Part shown: positions 18,385 through 20,000 of the stretch, piece after piece
Position numbering within the stretch: position 1 is the stretch's first letter
Layout of the letters: every line of letters begins with the position of its first letter
NCBI GenBank assembly: GCA_051942205.1
Contig: JAVECO010000051.1
Location: 108,851-128,850, forward strand
Origin: Coniocarpon cinnabarinum
Lineage: Eukaryota
Direction of reading: 5' to 3'
Length of the DNA stretch: 20,000 bases
The notes under the pieces: generated by a model
The model's database searches: none
What the model was told of the DNA's origin: nothing
Seen by the model: only the letters and a program-made list of their open reading frames with translations
Translations under genes and position numbers: made by a program

Positions 18385-20000
18385 ATGGCCGCCGAAGTCC
18401 GACCCTTGCAGCCTCACCGTCCTCCACCCGGTCCTGCTCCTCTTACCCCCGACCAACGCTACTGGGCCACCTTCAAATCACATCAGCTTCTGCCCTCGCC
18501 CTCGGCGAAGCCCGTAACATCCATTTCGTACCCGTTAGCGAACTCTCCCCGTCTCGCCAGCCCTTCGACAGACTCCGCCCATCTCCTCGCCGTCACCAGC
18601 GGTCCCCGCATCCAGCTCTACACCACCCGCGGCACCACCCAGCCAAAACTCCTCCGCACTATCGCTGCCCGCCTCTCTGATCCGACTGCTTCGGCGCGCT
18701 CGGCGACTCTGAGGTCAGATGCCCGTGTCCTGGCCTCGGGTAGCGACACGGGCGCTCTACATGTTTATGACACCGCGTCAAGGGCGATTCTGAAAACATG
18801 GACAAACCACAAACAACCTGTCTGGAACGTGCGCTGGTCACCGCACGCGAACGAGCTGACGCGACTTTTTTCCTGCTCAGACGACCGCACGGTCCGGACG
18901 TGGGAACTCAGTGAAAACGATCCCATTGCGACCTTCCATGGCCACCAAGACTACGTCCGCACGGGCACGTACATGACCCAGCCTGACATTCTCGTCTCCG
19001 GTTCCTACGATGGGACTGTCCGCCTCTGGGACGCCCGCGCTCCAGACGGCCAAACGCAAGATAACACTCGCGCAGCAATGACATTCGCCTTCCCCGCGCC
19101 CGTCGAGTCCGTCCTTCCCCTTCCTCAAGGCGCCGGAACCACCCTCCTGACAGCGTCGGGCCCACACGTTCATGTCCTCGATCTCGTCGGCGCTCGCTCC
19201 ATCACAACCCTCAAAGCCCACCAGAAAACTGTCACCACTCTAACCACTGCCTCAAATAACACAAGACTCCTCACCGGCGCGCTCGACGGCCATCTCAAAA
19301 TCTGGGATACCGCTTCTTGGACCGTCGTCGCCGGCAAAAAATACGACGGCGCTGTCCTGTCCGCCGCCGTGATCCCCGCTCCCTCGACCGCGGGCTCAGG
19401 CACTGGCGAAGCAGCAGCAAGAAACCCAGAAAAAGAAGACAGACACCTCGTCGTCGGCCTCTCAACCGGCGTCCTCTCCATCCGCACCCGCCTCTCCGGC
19501 GCCGCCAAGGAACGACAAAAAACAAAGGCCGCCGAAATGGCGGCCCTCGCCGCCGGAACAATCGACCAGTTCGACGCGGCGCAGCGCAAAAAACGCAAAC
19601 TAACGCAGGGCCATCGCGCGCGTCTACGCGGCGTCGACTACAGCGGCTTCGGCGCCGAGCTGGTAATCGAAGGGCACAGCGCGCGGTCCGAGCGCAGGAA
19701 ATTACCCAGTTGGGATCGGCTGCTTCGAAAGCTGGAATATGGCATGGCGCTTGAGGAGGGTATCAAAACGGGTGATGGGAATATTGTTGTCACGGTACTG
19801 AAAGCGTTGGTGCACCGGGGGGCGCTGAACACGGCGGTTAGGTGGATGGAGAGGGAGGGAAGACTGGATATATTGGTGAGGTGGTTGAAGGGACGTGTGT
19901 GTGATGGACGAGAGGCTGTTTTATTGTGTCGGGTGGGGATGTTGGCGATGAGTGTGTATGCGGAGAGTCTTGGAGAGAAGGAGATGAGAGGTGGTGGTGG
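18385..20000 (+). CDS. UTP15: U3 snoRNA-associated protein 15 (WD40 plus UTP15 C-terminal region), 3'-truncated by the window
   Basis: ATG at 18385 gives MAAEVRPLQPHRPPPGPAPLTPDQRYWATFK...AVTSGPRIQLY...SRAILKTWTNHKQPVW...SDDRTVRTW...GHQDYVRTG...SGSYDGTVRLWDAR...HQKTVT...LDGHLKIWD...WDRLLRK...LVHRGAL. The frame runs off the window end, so it is absent from the ORF track. Confidence 0.92.
   Translation, partial: MAAEVRPLQPHRPPPGPAPLTPDQRYWATFKSHQLLPSPSAKPVTSISYPLANSPRLASPSTDSAHLLAVTSGPRIQLYTTRGTTQPKLLRTIAARLSDPTASARSATLRSDARVLASGSDTGALHVYDTASRAILKTWTNHKQPVWNVRWSPHANELTRLFSCSDDRTVRTWELSENDPIATFHGHQDYVRTGTYMTQPDILVSGSYDGTVRLWDARAPDGQTQDNTRAAMTFAFPAPVESVLPLPQGAGTTLLTASGPHVHVLDLVGARSITTLKAHQKTVTTLTTASNNTRLLTGALDGHLKIWDTASWTVVAGKKYDGAVLSAAVIPAPSTAGSGTGEAAARNPEKEDRHLVVGLSTGVLSIRTRLSGAAKERQKTKAAEMAALAAGTIDQFDAAQRKKRKLTQGHRARLRGVDYSGFGAELVIEGHSARSERRKLPSWDRLLRKLEYGMALEEGIKTGDGNIVVTVLKALVHRGALNTAVRWMEREGRLDILVRWLKGRVCDGREAVLLCRVGMLAMSVYAESLGEKEMRGGG

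Noticed and set aside
18363..19832. Arg- and Pro-rich ORFs such as 19317-19754 (+) and 19170-19598 (-)
   Set aside because: Alternative-frame and antisense shadows of the GC-rich UTP15 coding sequence.
1..20000. CRISPR arrays, tRNA/rRNA genes, transposase or reverse-transcriptase ORFs, LTR/TIR pairs
   Set aside because: None seen by eye. The DNA is eukaryotic and the repeats found are short local duplications. Small ncRNAs cannot be excluded without a covariance-model search.

Overview
Eukaryotic DNA from a filamentous ascomycete (short GT-AG introns with CTRAC/CTAAT-type branch points). Conserved genes: the 3' end of a fungal LRR-like hypothetical gene (1-615, +); the mitochondrial GTP/GDP carrier GGC1/YHM1 (7287-8528, +, 6 introns); the Rab1 GTPase YPT1 (10190-11182, +); a WD40 protein (11697-13207, +); a Zn(II)2Cys6-like transcription factor with a degenerate zinc cluster (about 15434-17367, -); and UTP15 (18385 to the window end, +). 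Two things stand out. (1) From 1.7 to 5.9 kb there is a co-oriented array of four small, intronless genes without signal peptides. Each starts Met-Cys and carries the seven-cysteine pattern MC-x8-C...C...C...C...CxxC. One copy (2618-2881) is missing from the ORF track because a single in-frame TAA interrupts an otherwise intact reading frame. (2) The first intervening sequence of YPT1 looks like a [D3,4] stwintron: a 75-nt internal intron splits the donor (GTA|CGT) of an external intron. All gene models were derived by hand and no database searches were run.
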